Shown: positions 1-11,730, counted from the first letter of the stretch. The stretch: 64,000 nt of DNA from Eledone cirrhosa (GCA_964016885.1 OZ024742.1:143096001-143160000); one strand, 5' to 3'. A program made the numbers and translations. The notes: generated from the sequence alone by a model not told the origin.

Positions 1-194
1 ACACGCCAGTCATATCAGTCTTGTCCGAGTTTGTAATTAGAACAATTAGTTAAAAACAAAACTGTCTGCGATTTGTCAAATTTAGTTCGGTGTTCTATGA
101 ACAAATAACTTAAATCATTGCTGTAGTGATACAACAATTTAATAACCAGTTTAATAACGAGCTAATGAGAGAGAATTTACCTTGTCACTTGGCC

Positions 195-425
195 TGCTAG
201 AAATAACAGCCATATCTTCCTCAAAATACACGCTGGAAAGGGAGAGATACATTGTATAATGTAGTTTTAGATATGCAATACCTGAGAAAGGCATGCAATG
301 GTCATGCTTGAAAAAAAAAAGAGAAAAAACAAAAACAAACAAACAAACATGGTAGGATGGTCATGGCTGGAATAGCTTTAATAATAGATGGGCTTAATTT
401 GATCTGACCTAGGGTTGAACAATAA
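195..425 (+). repeat. Old dispersed repeat (ctagaaataacagcc...ggtcatggctggaat family)
   Basis: Similar degenerate blocks in both orientations near 14670-14825, 19550-19990, 22370-22460, 41420-41610, 44290-44360 and 56700. Confidence 0.5.
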
Positions 426-2476
426 CAACATTAACAACTAGTCTAATAATCTGCTATATCATTGAAATGGATACTGATGTCGACATTCTGGCTGGAAATT
501 ATATAAAATTCATCGACCTCTATCTCAGAGATTTGACGGATCATGAATTTTTCATGAAATATACTTTGGATTCATACAGAAGCAAAATAGTTTTTAAAAC
601 AAACACAATAAATAGAAATGATAGCTTGCTATAGCAATATTTCTACTGAACTAATTAAAAAAAAAAATTATTATTGTTTTTTGTGGGTGGTGGAGTTGGA
701 AGGTGATTCCGCTCTTGCCTTCGCAGGTGTAGATTTAGAAATAAAAATGAAAAGGAATGAAATACAAAATAATCTCTATGATCACTTAATTAACGTTCTT
801 GTAACAAATGTAGAATTGGAAGTTGTATTTTTATCTGTCGGAATTTATTGCACAAAACTTGATACTAAATAAAAAAGGTAAAAAAAAAAAAAAAAAAAAT
901 ACATTCGGTCTTTTGTTTTTAAAAAATCTATTTTAAATCCTATAAATTTTATTTTGTTATTTCCCCCTTTCGTAATTAAATCTTTTAAAGATTAAGATTG
1001 AAGAGAATGCATTTGTTTTTTGTAGAATAAATTGTGTTTTGTTGTTATTTCAAGTGTGTGGCCTTGCGCCTAGGAAAAGACAACAACAACAAGAAAAATT
1101 ATTATTTCAAATGTAAAACATTTATTTTCCCTTTATTCATTACAAATATTTAAAATACTGAATGAAATAAATCGAAAAAAGAATATTGTTTTTTTCTCCA
1201 TATTTCCCTAAAACAAAGATATAACATTTCAGGATCGAAATATATTGAATCCCAATGTCTCAGAACCAAATATTTCCACTGAAATTACAGTTTTAAACTA
1301 CTATAAACTGAAAGAAAGATAATGAAAACACAGCAAAAACCATGTGATTTGTTTACCAAATAGCGATTGGCATTCACAAAGAAATGTGTATGAAACAGAG
1401 CTACGTTTTCAACCAATGAATGAATTTTAGTTATCGAACTAATATTTTTGTTGTTGGCGGGACATGAAGTTGATAAAATGTTCCTCTTTTTGAAGCCGAA
1501 GTAAAATAATAAATTATCACTTCATATAAATGAGAGACGCTATAGCGAAGTGAACAAGCAACTGAGTTCATAGATTGTGAGTCTAGCTCCATTGGGACAA
1601 AATACCTAACTATCTTTGCATATCAATACACACACAGTCACGTGCACACACACACACACACGCGCGCGCGCACGCACACACACACACATACACACACACA
1701 CGAACACACACACACGTTCGCACATATGTAATTAAAACCGCCAGAGCTATTCACGAACACACACGAAAGTAATTCATAAACTTATATTTGACTCCAAATA
1801 CAAGACTGATGCTGCATAAGGAAATGTAAAAATCACAAACATCCTTCAAAACTACATCTTCCCGACAAAACAACCACCAGCCTGCACCAATTACTGGTAT
1901 AGGGATGACGGACGTTTTCAAGCCGCAGCCGTCATCCAGACCGTGGGGGGCTCTATTTGTCTCGTAAGACCATGGATTTGCTCATGAAAAGTTCCTCACA
2001 CAGGCGCAAGCTTAAGCAATGTTTATTTTTATGGAAGGCAAGGATTTTCTCATGCAAGTCACCACGCCACTGATGTAACCACGCACACACCCACTTACAC
2101 ATTCGCATACACAAACACCTGCAACTTTGTTAATGACAATTCTGTAAATAATAACTTAAATAAAACTCGAAAACACACATCCCCACACACACACACGCGC
2201 GCGCGCATGCACGCACACACATACACACATACACGCGAGCATGCAGATATATGTTTGGGCTTACCATCAGAAGACAAAAACCTTATCTCTTTGCCAACAA
2301 AGAGAATTCGTAGTAAAATGCTATTTGTATCAAATTCATATCAGAACTTAACTGAAATGGCTAGACTAATTTGTATAATGTGTAGTTGCCAGTGACGTAA
2401 CTAATTAATTAACGACAATCCAAGATAAATTTAATGTAGGTATACATGGTAGAACTTCAATGGCTGTGGATTGGAA

Positions 2477-2705
2477 GAATCAGTAGATCGTCGGACAAAA
2501 TGGCGGCTTGTTTGCCGAATCAGTAGATCGTGGGACAAAATGGCGGCTTATTTGCCGAATCAGTAGATCCTTGGAACAAAATGGCGGCTTATTGCCGAAT
2601 CAGTAGATCATGGGACAAAATGGTGGCTTATTTGCTGAATCAGTAGATCGTGGGACAAAATGGCGGCTTATTTACCGAATCAGTAAAAAGTGTTGGACAA
2701 AATGC
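2477..2705 (+). repeat. Tandem repeat of about 39 bp (about 6 copies) amplified from a SINE head
   Basis: Unit gaatcagtagatcgtgggacaaaatggcggcttatttgcc resembles the SINE head gcagaatcggtagagcgtcggacaaaatgc. A degenerate SINE body follows to about 2975. Confidence 0.75.
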
Positions 2706-2758
2706 CTTGTGGCATATACTTACGTGATGTCTATGTTTTAAGTTCGATTAGGCCAATG

Positions 2759-2845
2759 TTTCTACCTGGAGTTGCGCCCGATAGATAGTATTAGCAATTG
2801 GAAAGACCAATGGAAACATTGTTTCCTCGGTCCGATTTGACGAAA
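2759..2845 (-). mobile_element. Dispersed element of about 90 bp, copy 1 (copy 2 at 39751-39845)
   Basis: tttctacctggagtt...gatttgacgaaa is near-identical at both loci. Here it is flanked by a duplicated aggccaatgt inside a SINE. Confidence 0.6.
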
Positions 2846-3121
2846 GGCCAATGTAAACTTTACTTTTCATACTTTCTGAGCTAATAAATAAATTACCAGC
2901 CAAATTCGGATATTTAATCGACGTTCTCACTCCTCTAAATTGCTGGCCTTGTGTCTAAATTGGAAGCCATTATTATCACAAGAGATGACTAACTTATTCA
3001 TAACACACTAATGATATTAATTCCATAAATGTATAAGTTTTTTTAAAGAGAATATAAATACGTTTTATCATTTAATTTTTGAAATGTCTACATGTTTTAG
3101 AGGGCTTCACTTTTCAAAGAA

Positions 3122-3122
3122 T

Positions 3123-3189
<67 letters not shown>

Positions 3190-3313
3190 TGAGTGAGAGA
3201 GAGCAAGAGAATGTGAGAGAGAGAAAGAAAGAGAGAGAGAAAGAAAGAGAGAGAGAAAGAAAGAGAGAGAGAAAGAAAGAAAGAGAGATAGAAAGAAAGA
3301 AAAAGAGAGAGAG

Positions 3314-3379
<66 letters not shown>

Positions 3380-3427
3380 CGAGAGAGAGATAAAGAAAGA
3401 AAGACAGAAAGAAAGAGAGAGAGAGAG
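3122..3427. repeat. Compound microsatellite (GT)n-(GA)n-(GAAA)n
   Basis: Read directly from the sequence. Confidence 0.95.
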
Positions 3428-3750
3428 GTGAAAAGAATGCTGAGTCATGTCTAAAACATAACATAATTGTATGAATTCATCATTATAAAACAACACTTGA
3501 ATTGTGTAAATATAATCAACTCGGATAATTAAAAAGCAAACAATGATGAATGCTCATGAAACATTCTTTCAATGGGTGTGGATCATGTAGATATAGAATA
3601 ATCTGACGAAATTTCCCGAGATGTTGGAAGGAATTTTCAACATTTAAAAAAGAAAAAGAATACAAATTCTGGAAAACACATACAATTTAAAATAAAAATA
3701 TGAGAATATCTATATTAGGTTTTTTATGAGGCACACAGATCTTTATCTAT

Positions 3751-3790
<40 letters not shown>

Positions 3791-3840
3791 TTATCTATCT
3801 ATCTATCCATCTATATATCTATTTTACACGTTTTTATTGT

Positions 3841-4497
3841 CTGTCCGAGATGCGTGCGAGACGAAGAAACCGTCGCGCACGCATTCATAGACTGCCCGGG
3901 CGTTACCGACCTGTGGGGCTATGTAGAACGACTATTGTCGCGAGTGGGACCAATCCGGTTGACCACCGAGTCCATTGTCATGATCAAACCGCCACCCTCC
4001 TTCAAAAACGAAGGAGAGGTGGTTTTCCTTTGTGTGATAGCTATGGCGAAAGAGGTTGTATGGTGGGCGAGGTTAAAAAGGCTGAGGTCAGACACCTTTC
4101 TCTCCGGCCAACAACTAATTCTTTTTTTCAAATTCCACTTTGGAAGAAGAATCAGGATGGAGAGAGAGGTGCTGTACCCCAGCAAGTTTTATGAAAGGTG
4201 GGTGAAAGTGGCGAGAATGGCCCGAGTGAATGGGCCTTCTCTCTATATCAGCTTGTAGGTTGAGGAAAAGGAGGAGGAGAGGAAAGGAGTACAAACTCTT
4301 CGTACTCCTGGAGATGAGGGTTGCACATTTTTTCGGGGGTATGTGTTACCCATATGAACTGTCTCCCCCTATTGGGGAAAATCGACTAATTTTTAAATTG
4401 CATTTGTGATAATATTTTACACGTTTTTATTGTATGTAAACTTCCCCCTTTGTATTTGTCCCCCCCCTGTTGCGCCCCTGTGGCTAATAAAGAAACA

Positions 4498-4500
<3 letters not shown>
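3841..4500 (+). mobile_element. 5'-truncated copy of the Tx1-like LINE (ORF2 C-terminus and 3'UTR) within (TATC)n
   Basis: Near-identical to 34663-35310 (DEETVAHAFI...GPSLYISL). Ends aataaagaaacata(tcta)n, with (TATC)n on both sides. Confidence 0.95.
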
Positions 4501-4542
<42 letters not shown>

Positions 4543-4766
4543 GTGCTCCTGAGGAGAAGGGTTGCGCACTTTTTTCGGGGGTGTGTGCGACCCCCCAAGG
4601 CGCCTCCTCTCTATTGAGGATTTTGTTATAAATTTTATTTTTTGTTATATTTTATTTTATTTTTATATTGTTATTACCTCCTCCTTATTGAGGACGCCTT
4701 TTTGTGTAAACTCCCCCCTTTGTACTTGTCCCACTTTTGATGCCCTGGTGGCAAATAAAAGAAACA

Positions 4767-4770
<4 letters not shown>
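4543..4770 (+). mobile_element. 3'UTR fragment of a sister Tx1-like family, also in (TATC)n
   Basis: Diverged match to 4303-4500 (gggttgcgcacttttttcggggg, taaactccccctttgta, aataaaagaaacatatc). Both flanks are (TATC)n. Confidence 0.8.
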
Positions 4771-4835
<65 letters not shown>

Positions 4836-4887
4836 ATATTTATTCATATGTATGTATGTATTTATGTATGTCTGTATGTATGTAGAT

Positions 4888-5296
4888 GGGAGAGATGACC
4901 CCTTAGCCTTTGTCAAGGCAGAATTCTAGGAGAAGGAAAACTCTGATATAACACCTGCAACTCTGATGGTATCCAATGATGTTGACTTGTTCTTCTTTTT
5001 GGTAAATATTATCTTGGTTAAGAGAGTGGGACTGGCTTTGTGCAGTGCCTTTGCTCACTATAAAAGCTTCACGGCACAGGCATTGCTTTATATCTGGAGA
5101 TCTCTCTGCACTTGTCGTCACATGGTACCATGGGCCCAGCACTATGTGTCAATAATTGTCACAAGTGTAGTGTTTGTACCAGAGTTTTCAAGTCGTTGGC
5201 TGGACTAAAAAGTCACACTCGTTCAGCGCATCGGTAGGGGTTCTCCTACATGGATATAAAGTAGTGGCCGTACTGGAAAACGAGTTGGCAGCCACC
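4888..5296 (+). mobile_element. Bipartite non-autonomous RTE derivative, family A, 5'-truncated
   Basis: Near-identical to 5926-6334. Carries the RTE 5'UTR-like motif ctaggagaaggaaaactctgat, a terminal C2H2 finger, a 3' hairpin and a TATG tail. Confidence 0.8.
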
Positions 5297-5307
5297 ATGT
5301 ATGTATA

Positions 5308-5615
5308 AAGGCGGCGAATTGGCAGAGCCGTTAAGACGTCGGATAGAATACTTTACGGTATTCATCCCACCTCCCTGCGCACTCTGAATTCAAATCCTGT
5401 CGTTGTCAACTTTGCCTTTCATCCTTTCGAGGTCATTAAAGTTGATAAAGAAAAGTACCAGTCCAGTACTGGGGTCGATTCTTCCTCTATAGAAAAAAAT
5501 CGGCTGTGTTTAGACCTGGAGAAGGCTGGGCTCCGCCAGGTTTAAAAGTGCCCTAGACACACCGTATGACGGTGATTCTACGACTCCACAAGGAGTTATG
5601 GGATCTTTATACCTT
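5308..5615 (+). mobile_element. tRNA-derived SINE, long-tail variant
   Basis: A/B-box-like head, central gcctttcatcctttcgaggtc...agtaccag domain, and a tail related to 11920-12365, 13625-13895 and 22475-22822. Confidence 0.75.
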
Positions 5616-5728
5616 TTTTCATGTATGTATGTATGTATGTATGTATGTATGTATGTATGTATGTATGTATGTATGTATGTATGTATGTATGTATGTATGT
5701 ATGTATGTATGTATGTATGTATGTATGT

Positions 5729-6334
5729 CAGGTCACCAGTTGGTGCTACTGGTTACATGTATTCCAGTACAACCTGTCCCATGGTCGGGTCGTCGGCGAC
5801 TAAACTGGCAACCCCACCAAGGTTTCTTGGTGAGGAGGGTGACTTTGGACATCCTGCAGGACTAAAAACAAAACCTGTCAAAGGGCAAAGGAGCTCTTAA
5901 GAGTCAATGGCCATCCAAAATCACCGGGAGAGATGACCCCTTAGCCTTTGTCAAGGCAGAATTCTAGGAGAAGGAAAACTCTGATATAACACCTGCAACC
6001 CTGATGGTATCCAATGATGTTGACTTGTTCTTCTTTTTGGTAAATATCATCTTGGTTAAGAGAGTGGAACTGGCTTTGTGCAGTGCCTTTGCTCACTATA
6101 AAAGCTTCACGGCACAGGCATTGCTTTATATCTGGAGATCTCTCTGCACTTGTCGTCACATGGTACCATGTGCCCAGCACTATGTGTCAATAATTGTCAC
6201 AAGTGTAGTGTTTGTGCCAGAGTTTTCAAGTCGCTGGCTGGACTAAAAAGTCACACTCGTTCAGCGCATCGGTAGGGGTTCTCCTACATGGATATAAAGT
6301 AGTGGCCGTACTCGAAAACGAGTTGGCAGCCACC
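5729..6334 (+). mobile_element. Bipartite non-autonomous RTE derivative, family A, full length (about 605 bp)
   Basis: Flanked by (TATG)n. Order: structured 5' leader, RTE 5'UTR motif, then CSVCARVFKSLAGLKSHTRSAHR*, then hairpin gtggccg-actcg/cgagt-cagccac. Confidence 0.85.
6168..6275 (+). CDS. 35-aa micro-ORF with one complete C2H2 zinc finger (RTE ORF C-terminus); also at 5130-5237 and 9731-9838
   Basis: Hand translation gives MCPALCVNNCHKCSVCARVFKSLAGLKSHTRSAHR*, a C-x2-C-x12-H-x4-H pattern. It is below the ORF-track length cutoff. Expression is unknown. Confidence 0.45.
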   Translation: MCPALCVNNCHKCSVCARVFKSLAGLKSHTRSAHR

Positions 6335-6417
6335 ATGTATGTATGTATGTATGTACTTTATACTTCATACGTTTTTTTGTGGAGTGAGAGACTCTTAGTC
6401 TCCATTAAAACATCTAT

Positions 6418-6708
6418 CTAGGAGAAGGTTACTCTGATATAAAACCCACGACTTCGTTTGCATCCAATGATGTAGACCAGTTCTTTTTGGGTAAATGCAT
6501 TCGATGTCCAGAAAGTGGGATTGGCCCCGTGCAGAGCCTTTCCTCACTTAAAAAAGCTTCAAGCACAGGCATCGCTTGATATGTGACACTTTTTACGATG
6601 CATGGTATTATTGGCCATGGGCAAGTCCCTAACAGGACTAACAAGCCACGTCTGTGATACTCATGCTTAAGTATCAAGTGATGGCATTACTCGAAATCGA
6701 GTGCATCA
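6418..6708 (+). mobile_element. Bipartite RTE derivative, family B, 5'-truncated
   Basis: Contains ctaggagaaggttactctgatataaaacc, mini-ORF MGKSLTGLTSHVCDTHA* (6617-6670), hairpin actcgaaatcgagt and a (TATG)n tail. The same 3' end occurs at 13568-13622 (-). Confidence 0.7.
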
Positions 6709-6836
6709 TGTATGTATGTATGTATGTATGTATGTATGTATGTATGTATGTATGTATGTATGTATGTATGTATGTATGTATGTATGTATGTATGTGTGTA
6801 TGTATGTATGTATGTATGTGTGTGTGTGTATGTATG

Positions 6837-6868
<32 letters not shown>

Positions 6869-6948
6869 TGTATGTATGTATGCATGTATGTATGTATGAA
6901 TGTATGTATATATCTATGTATGTATGTATGTATATATGTATGTATGTG

Positions 6949-8270
6949 TATTTTTTCTCTTTCTCTTAATTTCGAATATATTTTTTTGACCGGCCACCTT
7001 CCTGGTGGCAAGGTTGTAAAAGAAAAGAAATTGTCATCCCTTGAATCGCAAGAATGTTTTGCAAATTTTGAAGGTGCCAGCTATCGCAGCCATTTGTAGA
7101 CTATGAATTAAGGAGCTGCGCTTTTTGTCCGCAAATCCAAGTTCAGTCATACTTTGGTCCAAGCGGGTTGGTATATAACCCGTAGCACCAATAATGATGG
7201 GTATGAAGCTAAAGGTGTATCTTGGATACTGGATTTGTAAACTCCTCATCAATGGTCCGTAGATGTCCTCCTTCTCCTGTATTTTTCTGACAACGTTTAC
7301 ATCAAGTGGGCAGCTGATCTCCACAACAGAACACGTTTTCAATGTGTGGTCCCAAACTACAATATCAGGCCGGTTGTGCTTTAATTTGGTGGCAGTTTTT
7401 ATTTTCAGGTTCCACCAGTATTCCTTAGTGCCATCTGTCTCAATATATTCTTCCTCGTTTGTTGTTAATTTTGTTTTCCGAAGTGCGTTCCAGATGGTTC
7501 TAGCTATCCCATCGTGTCTCATGGGGAGGTAGTAGCGAGATGACATTCTTTCGCAGCTGGCAACAATGTGGCTTACATCCTCGATCTTTGTTTTACATAG
7601 CCTACATTTATTGTCAGCTGCTGGCCCTCCTCTTTTGTGCAGCAGATATTTGGTAGGGAGTTCTTGTTACTGTATTGCATAGAGATATCCCCCAAGGTGT
7701 GATGTCATAAACTTGTCGGAACTCCATGCCAGGCTTTTTGAGTGGTTTATCCCCTCTATGGTCTGTGTTTTACGCCTCAAGTATCCATGCACAACTTTTT
7801 CTGTAAATTGGTCAATTTTTTTATCTTGTTTGAACATTGAATAGGATCTTCCGATTTCTCTGGGTGAGAGATTTATATCAGGCTTTATTCCATATCTCTC
7901 CTCCAGATCAGTCGCTATTCTAATGATATTTCTTTTTTCATGGTCATAAACCTGGGCAAGATGGTTGCCAACCTTTTTCCTCTGTTGAAGGTGTTGCTTC
8001 AGTGTTACTATCCGGGTCTCATATGTTGTTAATATTGATTTTAGACCCCGGCCACCTTCCTTGCGTGAGAAGTATAGCCTATCCACATCACCATTGATGT
8101 TAAAGTTCCCAGTAACACTGAGAAGTTTTCGAGTTCTAACATCCATGTCACTTAGTTCTTGCAGTGACCAGTTCAGTAGGCCAAATGTTGGCGTTAGAAT
8201 TGGCACAGCATAAGTATTGTGGGCAATGTATTTGTTGTATGCTGACAGTTCTGATGACCATATTTTCTTT
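6949..8270 (-). mobile_element. R4/Dong-like RLE non-LTR retrotransposon, 5'-truncated, one in-frame stop
   Basis: One frame reads KIWSSELSAYNK..., DRLYFSRKEGGRGL, AIQ*QE, CCHC knuckle CRLCKTKIEDVSHIVASC, RHD, HNRPDIVVWD...VVEISCP, IPIIIGATG. (CATA)n lies at both ends on the sense strand. Confidence 0.9.
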
Positions 8271-8380
8271 ATGTATGTATGTATGTATGTATGTATGTAT
8301 GTATGTATGTATGTATGTATGTATGTATGTATGTATGTATGTATGTATGTATGTATGTACGTATGTATGTATGTATGTAT

Positions 8381-9232
8381 GTTCTTCTGGTTTTATAATT
8401 TCACAAATTTTTACCAATAGAGAGAGTCGGTTTCTAACATAGACACAAGACTCTCTCATTGGAATTTACACAACATCAACTAGGTAGATATGTATGTATG
8501 TATGCATGCATGTGTAGATATGGATGTTATTGTATGTGTGGATGTGTATGTTTTGAGTTGTATGTGTGCATGTGTATATGCTCTGCATCTGTACATGTGT
8601 ATATGCAGTTATTAGATGCAACATTTTTGGAATGTTTTACATATTTTTACTGTTCCATTAATGGATTATACTTGTAATTTCCTAACTAGTTGTGTTCTTT
8701 CTGTTCCTGTGAAGCCTAGCTTCTCAAGATTTGTATTGAGGCAGTTCCTAACATACCCCAGTGCCCCAATAATCACAGGCATAAATCTGAAGGTAGAATC
8801 AGGGTGGAGTATCTGCAGATTTCTCATCAGTTCTGCATAAATATTCTCCTTTTCACTGATCTTTGATATTATATTGGCATCTGCTGGGCAGCTAATTTCC
8901 ATTACTGTGCATGTTTTCTTCTCCCTGTCCCATATCATAATATCTGGTCTGTTATGCCTGCATTTTATTGGGGTTTTTACTGGAACATTCCACCAGTACT
9001 CTTTCATATTATGTACATGGATGTCTTCCACATTGTTGTAGCTTTTAATGTGATTATTATCGGGGCTATCTTTTTTACGAACTGCATTGTACAGTGTTTT
9101 GGCCACTACATCATGCCTCATAGGTAGATAGTACCGCGATGACATCTTTGGACAGCTGTTGATGACATAGGTGATATCCTCGATGTTAGTTCTGCAGAGT
9201 CTGCACTTGTTATCACATCTAGGTGTTTTGCC
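8381..9232 (-). mobile_element. Second, diverged R4/Dong-like RLE element, 3' fragment
   Basis: CRLCRTNIEDITYVINSC, RHD, HNRPDIMIWD...MEISCP, MPVIIGALG, with a premature stop at 8666. Flanks are (CATA)n. Confidence 0.88.
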
Positions 9233-9291
9233 TGCATGTATGTCTGTATGTATGTGTATGTATGTATGTGTGTATGTATGTATGTATGTGT

Positions 9292-9897
9292 CAGGTCACC
9301 AGTTGGTGCTACTGGTAACATGTATCCCAGTACAACCTGTCTCATGGTCGGGTCGTTGGCGACTAAACTGGCAACCCCACCAAGGTTTCTTGGTGAGGAG
9401 GGTGACTTTGGACATCCTGCAGGACTAAAAACAAAACCTGTCAAAGGGCAAAGGAGCTCTTAAGAGTCAATGGCCATCCAAAATCACCGGGAGAGATGAC
9501 CCCTTAGCCTTTGTCAAGGCAGAATTCTAGGAGAAGGAAAACTCTGATATAACACCTGCAACCCTGATGGTATCCAATGATGTTGACTTGTTCTTCTTTT
9601 TGGTAAATATCATCTTGGTTAAGGGAGTGGGACTGGCTTTGTGCAGTGCCTTTGCTCACTATAAAAGCTTCACGGCACAGGCATTGCTTTATATCTGGAG
9701 ATCTTTCTGCACTTGTCGTTACATGGTACCATGGGCCCAGCACTATGTGTCAATGATTGTCACAGGTGTAGTGTTTGTACCAGAGTTTTCAAGTCGCTGG
9801 CTGGACTAAAAAGTCATATTCGTTCAGCGCATCGGTAGGGGTTCTCCTACATGGATATAAAGTATTGGCCGTACTCGAAAACGAGTTGGCAGCCACC
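9292..9897 (+). mobile_element. Bipartite non-autonomous RTE derivative, family A, full length
   Basis: Near-identical to 5729-6334, with (TATG)n flanks. Confidence 0.85.
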
Positions 9898-10321
9898 ATG
9901 TATGTATGTATGTATGTATGTATGTATGTATGTATGTATGTATGTATGTATGTATGTATGTATGTATGTATGTGTATGTATGTGTGTATGTATGTATGTA
10001 TGTATGTATGTATGTATGTATGTATGTATGTATGTATGTATGTATGTATGTATGTATGTATGTATGTGTGTATGTATATTAAATTGTGCACTGAGCAGAC
10101 GAAATACACAATAAATATATATTTATATCTATACAGTGAATGTGCATTTCATATATTGGCATGTAAACATATCACACATATTGTCCCTGTAGATTAAAAA
10201 AAATATCATCCCTAATAGACCTCTCAGAGGATGCCTGCATCATGAATCAACTACAGAGAAATATGTATTTAATAAAGCCTGCCAAATGGAGTTTAAAGTT
10301 TGTCACTAGGTGGGTGGGGGA

Positions 10322-10570
10322 CACCAGGCCGGTGTTTATCCCGGTTTCTGTGGCGTTAAGTGACTGAGAGTACATCACTTCCTCACTGGAATCATCGCAG
10401 GATTAAACCCCAGCTATTGCTGGCACTCATTTTCAGCTGAGTAAACTGGAGCAACGTGAAATGAAGTGTTTTGCTCAAGAACTCATCACACAACCCAGTC
10501 CAGGAATCGAACCCACGGCGTTATGATTGTAAGTCCAACACACTTATCACTAGGTCACGCACCTTCACGC
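10322..10570 (-). mobile_element. tRNA-derived SINE with CORE-like central domain
   Basis: Minus strand shows B box gggttcgattcc, then cttgagcaaaacacttcatttcacgttgctccag and tail cgccacagaaaccggg. Remnants occur near 42660-42790 and 57990-58145. Confidence 0.7.
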
Positions 10571-11164
10571 CAAATGAAGTAGCAACCCTGAAATAGAGGT
10601 ACTAATTTGCATATTATTAGAGCTTATATTGGTAGCTAATTTCAATATATATTAAATAATACACCAAGCAGTCTAAATATACGATTAATACATATCTGTA
10701 CATGTATAATACAGGATTAGCTGAGACTGTGTGAATGTGTTATAAATATAAGCGTTGAATATATAGACATCTAAACATGACACATTTACGTATTTTCCTG
10801 GAAATTGAAAAAAAAAAAAAAAAATGAAAATCCCTAATCGATGTTCGACCCTTATTGATCAGAAGATCTCTACATTATTGAGCAACTATAGATAAATACG
10901 TAACGAATGACTTTACAGATCCTACCAAATGTAGTAACAACTGTGAAACGGATGAATCAATTTACGTATTATTAGTGCTTGCCTGTGTGTGTGTGTGTGT
11001 GTGTGGAGGGGTGGGTGATAGGTTGTGATGATGATGGCGATAGCAACAACAAAGATAAAGATGGTGATGATGATGATGTTGATAGTGGTGACAATAGTCG
11101 CAAGATGTGGAACAATTGAAATACAAAGTTGTTCGCTCTATAAATGCCGTGATTTATTGTATAC

Positions 11165-11515
11165 CACTGCCTCCTTATGGACAACTAACGCTGCACACTA
11201 GGTCCGTGCACAGAAGAGCCGAACCCCCACTGTCATTGCCTCCATCTTTCTCGCCCTCTCCACCTCTCTCAATTATGAACAAATGGGGTCCCACGTGCTG
11301 GCCACCCCATGCCCCAGGCGGACAGAAGGGAGAAGGCGTTTCCCCGGAGGATGGTAAGGGAGATGCTCTGGAATAGTCATTCCATCTCGCGAGGCTCACA
11401 TCTGGGGCTAGCCAGCCCAGATCCTATGGTGGTATGTAGGGAGGTGGCCGTAGCGCCAAGGACACCAGAAGTCTCCACTGCTAGAGGCTCGACTGAAAAC
11501 TTGTTATGGCAGTGA
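11165..11515 (-). mobile_element. CRE-clade RLE non-LTR retrotransposon, 3' relic
   Basis: Translation PLAVETSGVLG...EPREME*LFQSISLTILRGNA matches the CRE C-terminal pattern PxAxETxG...FQRISxAxxRGNA. Confidence 0.75.
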
Positions 11516-11730
11516 ATTGACAGAATCGGTAGAGCGTAGGACACCCTGTTTCGTGGCATAGAGTTACAGTTCTTTACATTCTGAGTTTAAATCCTGCCGA
11601 TGTTAACTTTGCCTTTCATCCTTACGGGGTCGATAAAATTAAGTATCAGTCACGCACTGGGGTCGATTTAATCGACTTTCCCCTCCCCTAAAATTGCAGG
11701 CCTTGTGTCTATATCACAAACCATTATTAG
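11505..11730 (+). mobile_element. tRNA-derived SINE
   Basis: Head gaattgacagaatcggtagagcg, B box gagtttaaatcc, central domain gcctttcatccttacggggtcgataaaa. Confidence 0.85.

Noticed and set aside
4903-5208. Repeated ORFs of about 80 aa (MLGPWYH..., MVSNDVD...) in three copies
   Set aside because: No recognisable motifs; they recur only because the repeat copies are young. The meaningful frame is the zinc-finger frame.
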